Shown one piece after another: positions 16,120-26,639 of a stretch of 64,000 nucleotides of DNA. The notes under the pieces are model-generated. The model was given only the letters and a program-made list of their open reading frames with translations. It was not told the origin of the DNA and searched no databases. A program made the translations under genes and the position numbers. Position 1 is the first letter of the stretch; each line of letters opens with the position of its first letter. The stretch is taken from assembly GCA_036825195.1 (NCBI GenBank), contig DAISYQ010000013.1:4286-68285 (forward strand). The letters are read 5' to 3'. Source of the stretch: Syntrophales bacterium. GTDB taxonomy: Bacteria; Desulfobacterota; Syntrophia; Syntrophales; UBA2210.

Positions 16120-16246
16120 CAAGCAACACAGGTGGTTGGGACTTATTGACGGTTGTGTTGCTCCTCGCTCCGAATTCAAAAGGGTTTTCTTTAACGATCG
16201 ATGGTTCTGGTCTGAGGAGCACAATTGCAAGCCATTTATCTCTGGA

Positions 16247-16915
16247 TTATATTCTCGAGTAGGGGCATTCTTTTCTGCACACGTTGCAGGCGAGCAGCCA
16301 CCCGCCGCCCTCCGTCGAAGTGGCACTGATCTCCCTGCACCTCTTTTGATTGATGCTTACCCCATCCAGCGCCGTCTGAGGGCATGATTCGAGACAGATC
16401 CGACAATTCTCAGGACAACTCGTTTCCGTTACGTCATCAGGTATCAGTTCGAGGTTTGATATGACGGCCCCCAGCCAGAGTCGATTTCCGTATGTGCGGT
16501 TTAGCAGCAAGGTGTTTTTCCCTATAAACCCCAATCCGGCCAGGTGAGCAGAATGTTTAAGGGAGAGTATCCCTCTTCCGTACCGTTCTTGTTCGTTCCA
16601 GTATTCATATGGTTCGGATGAGGGGATCGGTACCGCTGTGTATCCTTCCTCTTCGATCTTCACAGACAGTCTTACCGAAATATCGTCTATCCGTTCGATG
16701 AGAATATCTCTTACCAGGGTATAGGGCGCATTTGAGTTTGCCTCAAAAACGCTCTTGGTAAATTGCTTTCCAAACACGATTACCGATTGTGTATCAGGCA
16801 GTATGTCATGAGGGTGAAAACCTCGCGGTGCATCGGTGAAGCGGTCGACACTGGCGATTCCGCAGATATCGGCACCCAGATGATAGACGGTATCTTTTAT
16901 ACAATCAGTATCCAA
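16247..16915 (-). CDS. QueG-like / reductive-dehalogenase-like 4Fe-4S protein (short form)
   Basis: HSAHLAGLGFIGKN motif plus C-terminal CPENCRICLESCP ... C..C..ECP clusters. At 222 aa it is too short for bona fide QueG. Confidence 0.7.
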   Translation of the reverse strand: MDTDCIKDTVYHLGADICGIASVDRFTDAPRGFHPHDILPDTQSVIVFGKQFTKSVFEANSNAPYTLVRDILIERIDDISVRLSVKIEEEGYTAVPIPSSEPYEYWNEQERYGRGILSLKHSAHLAGLGFIGKNTLLLNRTYGNRLWLGAVISNLELIPDDVTETSCPENCRICLESCPQTALDGVSINQKRCREISATSTEGGGWLLACNVCRKECPYSRI

Positions 16916-17131
16916 GGTATGATTCTCTTCCTTTCGCGTAGTAGGTTCTTTACGGCGGTATGTACAACTGTGCCGCCTGAACGTTGTTTCATACTTTTAA
17001 GTTAAATCCCGGACCGATTTCACTGGCAGGGATACCGCCGCTCACTCCCTGGTTGTTCAGATCGGGTTCGTACATAACAACAACGATGTCGTTGTCCCAT
17101 TCGTCACACTTTACTATGATTGCCGTATGCT

Positions 17132-17449
17132 TTACAGGTAATCTTCACGTGGAGGAGTGAAGTAATCCAACACCTCTCCTGCTTCGATGATTTCGATGCT
17201 GTGTTCGACATTGGCCGGTATGGAATATGAATCTCCCGGACCGATTTCCGTATTATTCTCGGAAAATTTGATCCTGTATCGCCCGCTCAGTACATAGCCG
17301 CTTTGTTCATTGGCGTGGCTGTGAAAGAGAACACGATCTTCCGGTTTGTACAGCATCTTTGTCACCATGGACTCCGGTCCGTGGGACAGCACCAAGAAAT
17401 CAACGCCATGAAAACTTTTTCTTTTTCCTTCTCGTGATGTGACGATCAT
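17132..17449 (-). CDS. cupin domain protein
   Basis: HSHANEQSGYVLSGR ... GDSYSIPANVEHS two-motif cupin signature. Confidence 0.8.
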   Translation of the reverse strand: MIVTSREGKRKSFHGVDFLVLSHGPESMVTKMLYKPEDRVLFHSHANEQSGYVLSGRYRIKFSENNTEIGPGDSYSIPANVEHSIEIIEAGEVLDYFTPPREDYL

Positions 17450-17553
17450 TTTACCTCCTCTTGCGAATACTGTCTTTCATGCTCCTATACCCCTTGTGAG
17501 AAAATAGATTACATCATGTCTGATTCACCTCTTCACTCTTCCAATCTTCCCGT

Positions 17554-18234
17554 TCACCGAGTGGCCAATATCCCTTCCAGATAAGCTGTCACGGCATGTA
17601 GATCGGGGAATATCCGGTCAGCCACCGTATCAATGCCCTGCGCAGGGGGCTCGATATCGGGGATCATGAACGGGCGCATCTTTGCCTTCGCCGCGGAGAG
17701 TATCCCGCTGTTCGAATCTTCGAGGACGATACATTGTTGTGGCTTGACCCGCAATCGATCTGCCGCCAGAAGAAAGATATCGGGCGCCGGTTTCCCATGT
17801 GGAACCTCGTCCCCATAGACAACGGCATCGAATCGAACCGACAGTCGGGCTTTTTCGAGCAAGACTTCCGCACGTGAGCGCTCTGTTGATGTGGCGACGG
17901 CCGTCAGAACTACGTGGTTTTCCAGCAGATCGAGGAGTTCCAGCAGTCCTTTTTTCAGAGGAATTCCCCGCTGTTCAATGATGTCATCGGTATACCGAAT
18001 GCGTAGTGCACGGGCACAGTCAAAGTCGAAGGTCGAACCTAGGGCCTGTTCATACAACATGCGTGTGTCGTGAACGTCTCGCCCGATACTCTGAATAATG
18101 AGTGCTTCCGGAATCTCACAGTGATATGTTCGTCCTGCCCGCTGCCACGCCTCAATGGCGATGCGTTCGGTGTCGAACATGAGACCGTCCATATCGAAAA
18201 TCACGGCGGAAATATCAGATCTCGTTCTCAACAT
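17554..18234 (-). CDS. HAD-IA family hydrolase (beta-phosphoglucomutase-like)
   Basis: VIFDMDGLMFDTE motif I, ATS motif II and LEDSNSG motif IV. Confidence 0.9.
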   Translation of the reverse strand: MLRTRSDISAVIFDMDGLMFDTERIAIEAWQRAGRTYHCEIPEALIIQSIGRDVHDTRMLYEQALGSTFDFDCARALRIRYTDDIIEQRGIPLKKGLLELLDLLENHVVLTAVATSTERSRAEVLLEKARLSVRFDAVVYGDEVPHGKPAPDIFLLAADRLRVKPQQCIVLEDSNSGILSAAKAKMRPFMIPDIEPPAQGIDTVADRIFPDLHAVTAYLEGILATR

Positions 18235-18284
18235 GATACATGCAGTTCTCCGGGTGGGGGTCGATGTTACCGTAGGTCATTATG

Positions 18285-19112
18285 TTATATTCCAGCGCAT
18301 GCCTTAAAGAATGTGTAACAGAAGACGCCGTCGGCTTCGGTTGTTCGATACAGGGCTTTGATGCCGTTGTCGAAGACGCTTTCTTCTATGAGACCATTGT
18401 TCAAAGCCTTTTCCCTGACACCTTCAATCATTGCCGTAAAGGTATTTCGTGTAAATCCTTCGACCAGCTCCGGTTTGCTTGCATCTACATAGACCATGCG
18501 CGGAGAAACACGGCATTCTTTGAAACCTGCCTGAATGAGCAATGGAAAGAGCTCCCGTCCTATCAGGGCATTTCCCCCAGCCTGTCTCTGAAGCTCAATC
18601 TGACAATTGATCGCCTTGTTTGCGTCTTCGCTGTCAGGATAAAAGTATGTCGACCCGTGATCTCCTTCGATGACGGTGATCGTCCCTCCCCGTTTGATGA
18701 GACTCTTCAGGCAGATCAAGGCCGCGACCGGATTGTTCAGGTGCTCGAGGACAAAGCATACAAAGACATGATCGAAGGAGTGTTCTGCAAAGGGGAGGTG
18801 AAAGATATCTCCCTGCTGCAGTGTGACATTGGTAATCCCCTCGGCATGAATATTGTCCTTCGCCTGAGCGATCGATTCATCCGATATGTCGACAGAAATG
18901 AATCGGGCACCGGGACTGTTCTTGGCAAGCGTGACGGTTTGCGAGCCAACGCCGCAACCCGCTTCCAGGACGAGGCTTCTATCGGGGTATGATGTGTCGG
19001 AGTGAAGCAATTCGGTCAGTGTCTGTGCCTGGTCCTGCAGGCGCCGGTTCTCTCTATAGTTATATCCGTGAACGTATGTATGATTCATAGCTAGTACCTG
19101 TCCATATATCAA
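18285..19112 (-). CDS. class I SAM-dependent methyltransferase
   Basis: VLEAGCGVGSQT motif I and a FDHVFVCFVLEH post-I region. Confidence 0.85.
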   Translation of the reverse strand: MIYGQVLAMNHTYVHGYNYRENRRLQDQAQTLTELLHSDTSYPDRSLVLEAGCGVGSQTVTLAKNSPGARFISVDISDESIAQAKDNIHAEGITNVTLQQGDIFHLPFAEHSFDHVFVCFVLEHLNNPVAALICLKSLIKRGGTITVIEGDHGSTYFYPDSEDANKAINCQIELQRQAGGNALIGRELFPLLIQAGFKECRVSPRMVYVDASKPELVEGFTRNTFTAMIEGVREKALNNGLIEESVFDNGIKALYRTTEADGVFCYTFFKACAGI

Positions 19113-19312
19113 AGCCCGGGAGACACCTCGTATGCGTTATACCCATAGGGTACCCTCCTGCTGAGAGACTCGTTCAATCGGAGCACCAGAGGAGATAGGG
19201 GAAGGAAAACTCGTACCGCTCAAAATACCGCTCTCAACGAAATGGTTTTAATTTCATTTAATGGAATCCTTATTATTCAGTTACCGCTGTATGGCGTGAT
19301 TCTGGTGAAGGC

Positions 19313-19708
19313 TTACTTTCGCTCCTTCAGTAAATCCCGTATTTCCGTAAGCAGTACTTCCTGAGCAGGGGGAAGCTTGGGCGCTTCTTCCTCTTTTTTC
19401 TTGAAAGAATTAATCGCCTTGACAGCGATAAAAATCGCAAATGCGATGATTATGAAATCGACAATCGTTTGTATGAACTTTCCATAACTGATAACCACCG
19501 CCGGGATTTCACCCGAAGCTGCTTTTATGGTCAATGCAAGGTTGGTGAAAGCGACTCCACCCAAAAGCACGCCTATGGGGGGCATAATTACATCGCCTAC
19601 AAAGGAAGAAACGATTTTACCAAATGCGGCGCCAATGATGATACCGACCGCCATATCAACGACATTTCCTCTTACTGCAAATTCCTTAAATTCTTTCATC
19701 ATCCCCAT
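19313..19708 (-). CDS. mscL: large-conductance mechanosensitive channel
   Basis: [40 protein letters not shown] is the canonical MscL N-terminus. Confidence 0.95.
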   Translation of the reverse strand: MGMMKEFKEFAVRGNVVDMAVGIIIGAAFGKIVSSFVGDVIMPPIGVLLGGVAFTNLALTIKAASGEIPAVVISYGKFIQTIVDFIIIAFAIFIAVKAINSFKKKEEEAPKLPPAQEVLLTEIRDLLKERK

Positions 19709-19966
19709 AATAAAACCCTCCTTGCTAAAATAGTGACCGGTTATGGTGCAACCCTAATAACCTCTCGACGAAACCTCCCACTGCTTAGCATCGATTAATC
19801 CGTATTACGACGAAGTTTACCTGCCCACGGATTGGGCAGGACACAATACTTTATTAGTGTTTAGATCCTCAATATTTCAAACAACCATTTTTGACTAATA
19901 GTTATGTCTATATCCGGGATTGGACCACACTTGTATTCTGATCATTAATATCACCAAAACAGGTTG

Positions 19967-20185
19967 TTAAGAAATGCTTTTTTTGAATCGTGAAGGATTG
20001 TCGATAAAGGCCTCTATGCAAGAAAGACATATGCAAGATGTGCCTTTTTGTGTATCAGGGACCAGATCCAGCAGTTCTTGAGGAATGGTGATTTTGGTGC
20101 ACCAGCACGGTTCGTCACTATGAGCCATGCATTCATTGTTGGCATGGCAAAAAGGGCATATGGTTTCATCTACGATTTTATTCAT
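19967..20185 (-). CDS. cysteine-rich CWC-type small protein
   Basis: CPFC....C.........CWC ... C.C..C pattern. The start overlaps the stop of the upstream gene (TAATG). Confidence 0.7.
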   Translation of the reverse strand: MNKIVDETICPFCHANNECMAHSDEPCWCTKITIPQELLDLVPDTQKGTSCICLSCIEAFIDNPSRFKKSIS

Positions 20186-22239
20186 TATTTTTTACCCAAA
20201 ACTAATCTTTGTTGAAGAATTTGTGCTAATGCTTCTTTTACTTCAGTCACAGGATATGTGCACACTTTATTTTTGCAGATATATATGGTGGTTTGTCCCT
20301 CTATCAGTTTATTCTCAAGCAGGGATACCGTTCCTTCATTCTTTCCGCCTGATAAGAACACATCGGGCAGGTACTGCGTATCGAATTCTTTTCGTTTTGC
20401 CTCAAATTCTTTTCCTACGATAGCTACTTCATAGGACCCTCCGGCAAGCCAGGCCATCAGAATATCCCAATTTGCGTAATATGCACCGCCGGTTAAAGCG
20501 TTTTGCTTTATATTGCTCAGCATTCTTTCTGATTTCCGGATATAATCGTCATTGTAAAAATACTGTCCGAGTACAAACAGGTTTTTTGCCATTTGTGAAT
20601 TTGCGGCTGGAATAACATTGTCGGTTGTTTCTATCTTACGGGCTATTAATGCCGGATCGATATCGGATGTGTAATAAAACATCTCCCTCTCTTTGTCATA
20701 AAAATGATCAATAGCGTAGGCAGTTAATTGACGCGCCTCCTGTACCCATCTTTCATCGAATGTGGCCTGATATAGAGAAATAAAAGCCTCGATCGTGAAG
20801 GCATAATCATCCAGAAACGCGTTGATGGACACCGTACCGTTTTTATAATTTCTATGTAATCTGCAATCGAGGGTCTTGATTTCCGCGTCGATAAGATAGG
20901 CATTTTTCAGGGCTATATCTAAATATTGCTTGTTGTTAAAAACTCTATACGCATCAATATAAGCCTTGAGCATAAGGGCATTCCATGAGGTGAGAATCTT
21001 ATCATCAAGACCCGGTCGAACTCGCCTCGCCCTTTCTTTCAATAGGATCTCTTTTGCCTCCAGTACCCGTTCAGCTAGTTCGTTTTCCGTGATCTTATAG
21101 GTATCCGCTATCTCTTTATCGCTTGCGGATCTGAATAAGATATTCCGTCCGCCTTCCCAGTTTCCTTTTTCCGTGACGCTGTAATAGTCAATAATTACAT
21201 CGGCCCTATTGCCCAATGCTCTCTGCAATTCATCCTTTGTCCATACATAAAACTTCCCTTCTTCCCCTTCACTGTCGGCGTCATACGAAGAATAGAAACC
21301 GCCTTCGTTCGATGTCATCTCTCTTTGAATGAAGTCCAGGGTTTCCCGTACAATGAGTTTGTATCGGGGGTCTTTGGTCAGTTGATAAGCGGCAGCATAT
21401 AAACTGACGAGTTGCGCGTTATCATACAGCATCTTCTCAAAATGGGGCACTTTCCAGTAGGGATCGGTAGAATAGCGAGCGAAACCACCACCAATCTGGT
21501 CGTAGATTCCGCCATCGGCCATCTTGTGCAAGGTTGTTGTAATGGCCTCCAGCGCGTCCGCATTTCGGGTCAGATGATGATAGTGAAGCAGGAATTGATA
21601 GCCCACGGGCAGGGGAAATTTGGGGGCACCCTTATGTCCCCCGTTGGTGTAATCTATATCGCTTTTCCAGGCACCAAAAATACGGTCCAAGTCGCCGATG
21701 GTGAAATCCGCTTTTCCAGTATTCCCATACAACATTTCGCCGGATCGCACTCCCTGGGTGAGCGCCTCTGCCTGCTCCTGTGCCTTATCGGGATTTTGTT
21801 TCACGAACCGCAATACCTGGGTGAGCATATCAACCCATTGTGCTTGTGGTAAATACGTTACGCCATACACAGGCCGACCATCGGGCAGGGCAATGCAATT
21901 CAGCGGCCAGCCTCCGCTACCGGTAATCAATTGTACGGCATGCATATACACCTGATCGATGTCGGGCCGCTCTTCTCTGTCAACTTTAATAGAGACGAAA
22001 TTATCGTTCATGAATGTTGCTACTTTTTCGTCATCAAAACTTTCGTGCTCCATAACGTGGCACCAGTGACAAGCCGCATAACCGATACTTACGATGATCA
22101 TTTTATTTTCTTTCCGGGCCTTATCCAGGGCTTCTTTCCCCCAGGGATACCAATTGACAGGATTGTGAGCGTGTTGCAGCAGATAGGGACTGCTCTCGTG
22201 AATAAGGTGATTTGTGTGTTTATATTCCGGAGACTTCAT
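20185..22239 (-). CDS. thioredoxin-domain protein (DUF255 / YyaL family)
   Basis: N-terminal [18 protein letters not shown]...[11 protein letters not shown] followed by a long alpha-toroid (N-acylglucosamine-epimerase-like) region. 684 aa. Confidence 0.9.
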   Translation of the reverse strand: MKSPEYKHTNHLIHESSPYLLQHAHNPVNWYPWGKEALDKARKENKMIIVSIGYAACHWCHVMEHESFDDEKVATFMNDNFVSIKVDREERPDIDQVYMHAVQLITGSGGWPLNCIALPDGRPVYGVTYLPQAQWVDMLTQVLRFVKQNPDKAQEQAEALTQGVRSGEMLYGNTGKADFTIGDLDRIFGAWKSDIDYTNGGHKGAPKFPLPVGYQFLLHYHHLTRNADALEAITTTLHKMADGGIYDQIGGGFARYSTDPYWKVPHFEKMLYDNAQLVSLYAAAYQLTKDPRYKLIVRETLDFIQREMTSNEGGFYSSYDADSEGEEGKFYVWTKDELQRALGNRADVIIDYYSVTEKGNWEGGRNILFRSASDKEIADTYKITENELAERVLEAKEILLKERARRVRPGLDDKILTSWNALMLKAYIDAYRVFNNKQYLDIALKNAYLIDAEIKTLDCRLHRNYKNGTVSINAFLDDYAFTIEAFISLYQATFDERWVQEARQLTAYAIDHFYDKEREMFYYTSDIDPALIARKIETTDNVIPAANSQMAKNLFVLGQYFYNDDYIRKSERMLSNIKQNALTGGAYYANWDILMAWLAGGSYEVAIVGKEFEAKRKEFDTQYLPDVFLSGGKNEGTVSLLENKLIEGQTTIYICKNKVCTYPVTEVKEALAQILQQRLVLGKK

Positions 22240-22424
22240 GACGTTGCTTTCCTTTTATGGTTGCCGGTAAGAAGTTTTAAAAAATAACCATACAGTATGA
22301 ATACTGCCTCGAATGATAATACCGTGCCAGTAGCTGATGGAATTTGTAACGGTCGTATGTATGTTCGCAAAGCAAAACACCGGACCGAAGTAGCAGTCGG
22401 GTTGCCTCGCTTCTTCGATGCCTA

Positions 22425-23168
22425 TCACAATGTACCGAGTAAATATTGCTGCCTCTCTTCTTCGTTAAACTTTTCGATGGCGTACCTGAGCATCGTTCTT
22501 GGCATTTTTCGATAATGAGCTTTCAGAAATGCTACTTCTTGAGCTTTGTCTCGCTTCCCAACTTCTCTCAACATCCATCCCACAGCCTTATGAATCAAGT
22601 CTTCCTGATCGCCGAGCAATTGTTCTGAGATGTGCAAGGTGTCGCCAAATCGGTTTTTTTTGATGAAGTAAAAGGTGGACATAATCGCTATTCGTCGTTC
22701 CCAGAGTGAATCCGATCTTGATAGGTCATCCAATATCGATGTGTCCCGGTCTTCCAGATAGGGGCCGATAATGTAATGGGCAGAACAATCAACCAAGTCC
22801 CAGTTATTTACGTACTGAGTGTTCCTCAAATACAGACAATAGATCTTCTCTTGCTCATCGGCACGGGAGGTGGAGAAGCGGGCAACTAACAGGATCAAGG
22901 CAAAGAACCGAACCTCGTGATACTCGGACCTCAAGAGTTTTTCTGCCACACTCAATGGTGTGGTCTTATACCGTGTAACTGCCTGACGGATTACCGGAAC
23001 TCGGATGCCGAGGAACATATCTCCAAAGCCATATTCACCCTCCGCTGTCTTGAAAAAATGCTGAGAGTGCCTGGCTATTTCCGGATCAGCCAGACTGCAC
23101 AAATGATCTACTATCTCCTGATATTCCATATGGTAGTCCTTGTCTTCTTCCCGCATGCTGATCGACAT
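22425..23168 (-). CDS. DNA alkylation repair protein (AlkD/AlkC-like HEAT repeat)
   Basis: NNWDLVD, WERRIAI and KAVGWMLREVGK blocks. Confidence 0.7.
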   Translation of the reverse strand: MSISMREEDKDYHMEYQEIVDHLCSLADPEIARHSQHFFKTAEGEYGFGDMFLGIRVPVIRQAVTRYKTTPLSVAEKLLRSEYHEVRFFALILLVARFSTSRADEQEKIYCLYLRNTQYVNNWDLVDCSAHYIIGPYLEDRDTSILDDLSRSDSLWERRIAIMSTFYFIKKNRFGDTLHISEQLLGDQEDLIHKAVGWMLREVGKRDKAQEVAFLKAHYRKMPRTMLRYAIEKFNEEERQQYLLGTL

Positions 23169-23224
23169 GTCTCTATTAAACCGCGCAGCTCCAACGTGAA
23201 CGGTAAGGTTATACTAGGGACGTA

Positions 23225-23281
23225 GATTTGAACAAAAAGCTAAAGGAGTGGGAGGGCTTCTATAATTTCCATCAGCCGTAG
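23225..23281 (+). pseudogene. remnant of an rve-type (IS481/IS3-like) transposase C-terminus
   Basis: Translates to DLNKKLKEWEGFYNFHQP*, matching the L..W...YN..RPH tail of DDE integrase-core transposases. Only about 18 codons remain. Confidence 0.35.
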
Positions 23282-23344
23282 GCGTAGCCATCACAGTTTT
23301 ATCTTGATCAGTATGCTCCCGTATTTTGTTTCCGATTCAATGTA

Positions 23345-23857
23345 CTATGTCTGAATACGGGAGCCCTGAATTGGCGCATCAAGACGTTGCTCGATTACCG
23401 TTGATCCCCATTGTGTGCCTGATTGTTCTTCAGCTAACCGGAATCCGTATTTTTCATAGAGATGTCGTGCCGAATCCAGCCCCTGAAATGTCCAGAGGTA
23501 AACGCTATCATATTCTTTGCGTTTACAGAAAGACATTGCTTGCTTCATCAGGTAATTCCCGGCCCCTTTCCCCCTGAGACTGTCCGACACGATAAACCAG
23601 CGAAGATGTCCAATATTGCGGTTCTCTGATGATCCATTGATGGTAATCGAACCTTCAATCTTTCCATCGACGGATAGTGACCAGACGCAATCCTTAGTCT
23701 CATTGTAGTTTCTGATGAAATCGGAAAATTCCGTCGCAACCTTTGCCTCAAAGAAATATCCAAAGTTCCAGCACTCGGCATAATACTCTGCATGAAGTTC
23801 AGCCACACGCCCGATTAGGCCGGGGATATATCCGGTTACTGTTTCAAAAATGCTCAT
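23345..23857 (-). CDS. GNAT family N-acetyltransferase
   Basis: WFIVSDSLRGKGAGNYLM acetyl-CoA motif and YEKYGF tail. Confidence 0.85.
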   Translation of the reverse strand: MSIFETVTGYIPGLIGRVAELHAEYYAECWNFGYFFEAKVATEFSDFIRNYNETKDCVWSLSVDGKIEGSITINGSSENRNIGHLRWFIVSDSLRGKGAGNYLMKQAMSFCKRKEYDSVYLWTFQGLDSARHLYEKYGFRLAEEQSGTQWGSTVIEQRLDAPIQGSRIQT

Positions 23858-24116
23858 GGGTTGGTCCTGATGATGTTGTCAGTTGTCGACCCTTATGGGA
23901 TTACATTTTTGCCGGCACTCATTATAGCAAACCGGCGACGATATTGAGATGTTTTTTATATGGAATTACAGTTTTTGGATGTATAATTGAATAGAGGGGT
24001 TGGGATAACCCTGTTCAACCTGTGGGTGTGTGAAAAAAGAAAATAGGAAAGGATACGGTTCTCAAGCATCGGGATATACCCTCTTGACCCCAAAAAAATC
24101 AGGAGGTGAAACGATC

Positions 24117-24860
24117 ATGAAAAAGGTAATAACAAAACAAACTGCCTGTATTTTCCTCTGTATGATCCTTGCCTTCTCTTTCACTCCTCAGTCAGGCGCA
24201 GAAGATGCTCCTCAAGACGTTATTCGAGCCGCACAGGATGGATTGCCGCACTATTTGTCTCTTATCAGCAATGACATGGAAGACTTCGGTTTTGATGAAG
24301 ACGACAATCTGGACGATGTCGTTCTCGGCCACCCGTACCGTGAAAATTACATAGATGTGGATAATTATACGGAAGGGGATACCATTTACGACGTGTTGAC
24401 AGAGGGTTTGACATGGTATTTTCCGGTTATGATCGGAGATGAAACCAAGTGTTTGCTGGGTGTGTCCATGAAGGAGGGCCCCTGGGAAGCGATGATGTTT
24501 GGCAGAGCAACTGTTGCCCAAAGGATCGGGTTGGTGAGGAACGTATGGCCCCTGTCCGAAGGCTATGACCCGCTTTTCTTCACTCGTTATCCGACGAACC
24601 TTTATTTTTCTGTCCCTCAGGTGGACGAATACAACCTGACACGGCTTTTTTATGAGGATCGGGTTGAAAGTGAAGAAGAACTGATTTCACTATATGCGAA
24701 TCTCCGGCCCCTTTCAGAGACAATGGCATACATAGCCTCACAGATGTCCGATCCCGGTGACGGAGATGACGAGGGAGGCGCTGGTGGTGGTGAAGTGAAC
24801 GTTAGCAGTCACGGCGTTGATGCTTCTTGGACGGGATGCTTTATTGCCACGGTTCATTGA
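24117..24860 (+). CDS. secreted hypothetical protein, possibly truncated at C-terminal anchor motif
   Basis: Strong AGGAGG RBS before ATG 24117, a signal peptide and an acidic/Gly-rich tail that ends abruptly at GCFIATVH*. Confidence 0.6.
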   Translation: MKKVITKQTACIFLCMILAFSFTPQSGAEDAPQDVIRAAQDGLPHYLSLISNDMEDFGFDEDDNLDDVVLGHPYRENYIDVDNYTEGDTIYDVLTEGLTWYFPVMIGDETKCLLGVSMKEGPWEAMMFGRATVAQRIGLVRNVWPLSEGYDPLFFTRYPTNLYFSVPQVDEYNLTRLFYEDRVESEEELISLYANLRPLSETMAYIASQMSDPGDGDDEGGAGGGEVNVSSHGVDASWTGCFIATVH

Positions 24861-25133
24861 ATAGAGCGGTGAGCGCCTTTCCCGTAACTCGTAACGTGGG
24901 TGGCGAACATGAGGGATTACAAGGGTTCTCCTCAGAGGTCAGTTATTACCGCAGTTACGCTCAAGCGATATTCGATAGATATAATTGCTTTCAATCCCTT
25001 CCATGCCTTATTCCATTTTCAAAGGCGGGGGAATGCAATTGCCATTGCACAAACTGCTTTTGAAATGATATGCCAAGAGCGGTATCGGATACAAGCCAGT
25101 CTCAATGCGTAGAAGCCACAGGACATTTGCTCA

Positions 25134-26216
25134 GTGAGATCAACCTCAAAAAACATATCGAATCTTCTTTTGATTGTGGTGTGCTGTTATGTAATCCTTC
25201 TGATTGTCGTGGGATTATGGCCGATGAATTTCAGGCAACACAATATGGCCGTCTTGGATGACCATAACGGTATTTCTTTTGCACTACCGTCTACCGCCTA
25301 TTCGCAGGTACCTCCTCAGAAGCTCCTCAATGTGCGGGAATTTACCATACTCATCGATATGGTCTCTGATTTCTCCGTATCCGAAGGATTTGGAAGTATT
25401 CTGACGTATGGTCTGGATTATCATAAGATGAATTTTATCGTGGGGCAGTGGAAAGATGGTATTGAGCTCAGAATCCAATCCGATGGCACTGCCAGCACCA
25501 TCAGCTTCGGGAAGAAGCATGTTTTCACAAAGGGGAAACCGACTCGATTTGCGATCGTGTACGATCAGAACAGATTTGACCTCTATCAAAACGGGAAAAA
25601 GATCGCCACGCGGAAAACGGGTCCCATGACGTTCTCCCGCTGGGATAATTCATACCCTCTCGTCGTCGGAAGCAACGCCCACGGGACGGGTCCTTGGAAG
25701 GGAACGATACATTCGATAGCGATTTTTGACCGATCACTATCGAAGAGTAAGGTCCAAGCAGAGACTGATAGCATACGAACGTTGGCACCCCTGATCTGGT
25801 ATGCCTTTGACGGCGATAACGGTACGGCAGTTCCCGATTATGGCTCCGGAACTCCTGCCCCTCTGATTGTCCCTGATCGTTTCATTCCCTATGCGAGAAC
25901 GGTTCTGGAATTCCCATTGAACAGACATAATAAATTCACAAATAATATCCTGGACATCACGATCAATCTGCTCGGGTTTATACCGCTTGGATTTTTTCTT
26001 TTCATGTATATGACCCACCGGCACGTGTCGGTCGCAAAAGCACTTCTGCTCTCGATAGCTGCCGGATTCGCCGTCAGTCTTTGTATAGAAATATCCCAGG
26101 GCTTTCTCTCGGGTCGATCCTCGAGTATGCTTGATCTGATTAATAACACGCTCGGGAGCGCTTTGGGGGCCTTTCTGTATCGCTATAAAAGGTATTTCTT
26201 CAGATACTCCTCATGA
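25134..26216 (+). CDS. LamG-like (concanavalin A-like) domain fused to VanZ-like membrane domain
   Basis: WKGTIHSIAIFDRSLS (LamG-type strand) and a C-terminal NLLGFIPLGFF...EISQ....R.....D...N.LG VanZ pattern. GTG start. Confidence 0.7.
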   Translation: MRSTSKNISNLLLIVVCCYVILLIVVGLWPMNFRQHNMAVLDDHNGISFALPSTAYSQVPPQKLLNVREFTILIDMVSDFSVSEGFGSILTYGLDYHKMNFIVGQWKDGIELRIQSDGTASTISFGKKHVFTKGKPTRFAIVYDQNRFDLYQNGKKIATRKTGPMTFSRWDNSYPLVVGSNAHGTGPWKGTIHSIAIFDRSLSKSKVQAETDSIRTLAPLIWYAFDGDNGTAVPDYGSGTPAPLIVPDRFIPYARTVLEFPLNRHNKFTNNILDITINLLGFIPLGFFLFMYMTHRHVSVAKALLLSIAAGFAVSLCIEISQGFLSGRSSSMLDLINNTLGSALGAFLYRYKRYFFRYSS

Positions 26217-26596
26217 ATACGATCGAAATAATCCCTTTTTGAAAAGAATGCCTTGTGAAGCATATTCAGTTCCTCCCGTGTACAGACCTCGGCGGCATGA
26301 GATCTCAACTGTTCAGATTTTACGAATACGCTGTTAATGATCGTACACGGATAGTCATCACACAGACCGCAGTTTTCCAGTGCTTTTAGACTGATGCAAG
26401 CGCACAGTTCCGAATAAGCGCACTCCTTTTCCAGCGCGCAACCGTGACAGGCCATATTTTCGACAGGAATATGGGGATCTCTCAATCCAAGGCGAACCCA
26501 TAATGCCTTCACCTGTTCCAGCTCGATCTTTCCGCCGTCTTGTGTCGCTCTATAGCGGGGACAGCATGTGCATTGATCGCCGCAGAATCCGATCAT
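26183..26596 (-). CDS. DUF3795-like Cys-rich protein
   Basis: MIGFCGDQCTCCPRY ... CHGC ... CGLCDDYPC. The internal ATG at 26596 has an AGGAGG upstream and the longer start has none. Confidence 0.7.
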   Translation of the reverse strand: MIGFCGDQCTCCPRYRATQDGGKIELEQVKALWVRLGLRDPHIPVENMACHGCALEKECAYSELCACISLKALENCGLCDDYPCTIINSVFVKSEQLRSHAAEVCTREELNMLHKAFFSKRDYFDRIHEEYLKKYLL

Positions 26597-26639
26597 CTTT
26601 ATGTGTATTCCTCCTGCCGAATCTTCCATCCCCGAGCCG

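Noticed and set aside
18282-18992. 236-aa plus-strand ORF. The same applies to 52972-53589 and 58549-59112.
   Set aside because: Each is the mirror ORF of a motif-bearing gene on the other strand (methyltransferases, MBL hydrolase).
19821-19841. Hairpin CCTGCCCA-cgga-TTGGGCAGG as a terminator between the CWC gene and mscL.
   Set aside because: No T-tract follows it on either strand, and it lies about 110 nt upstream of the mscL start. Its function is undetermined.
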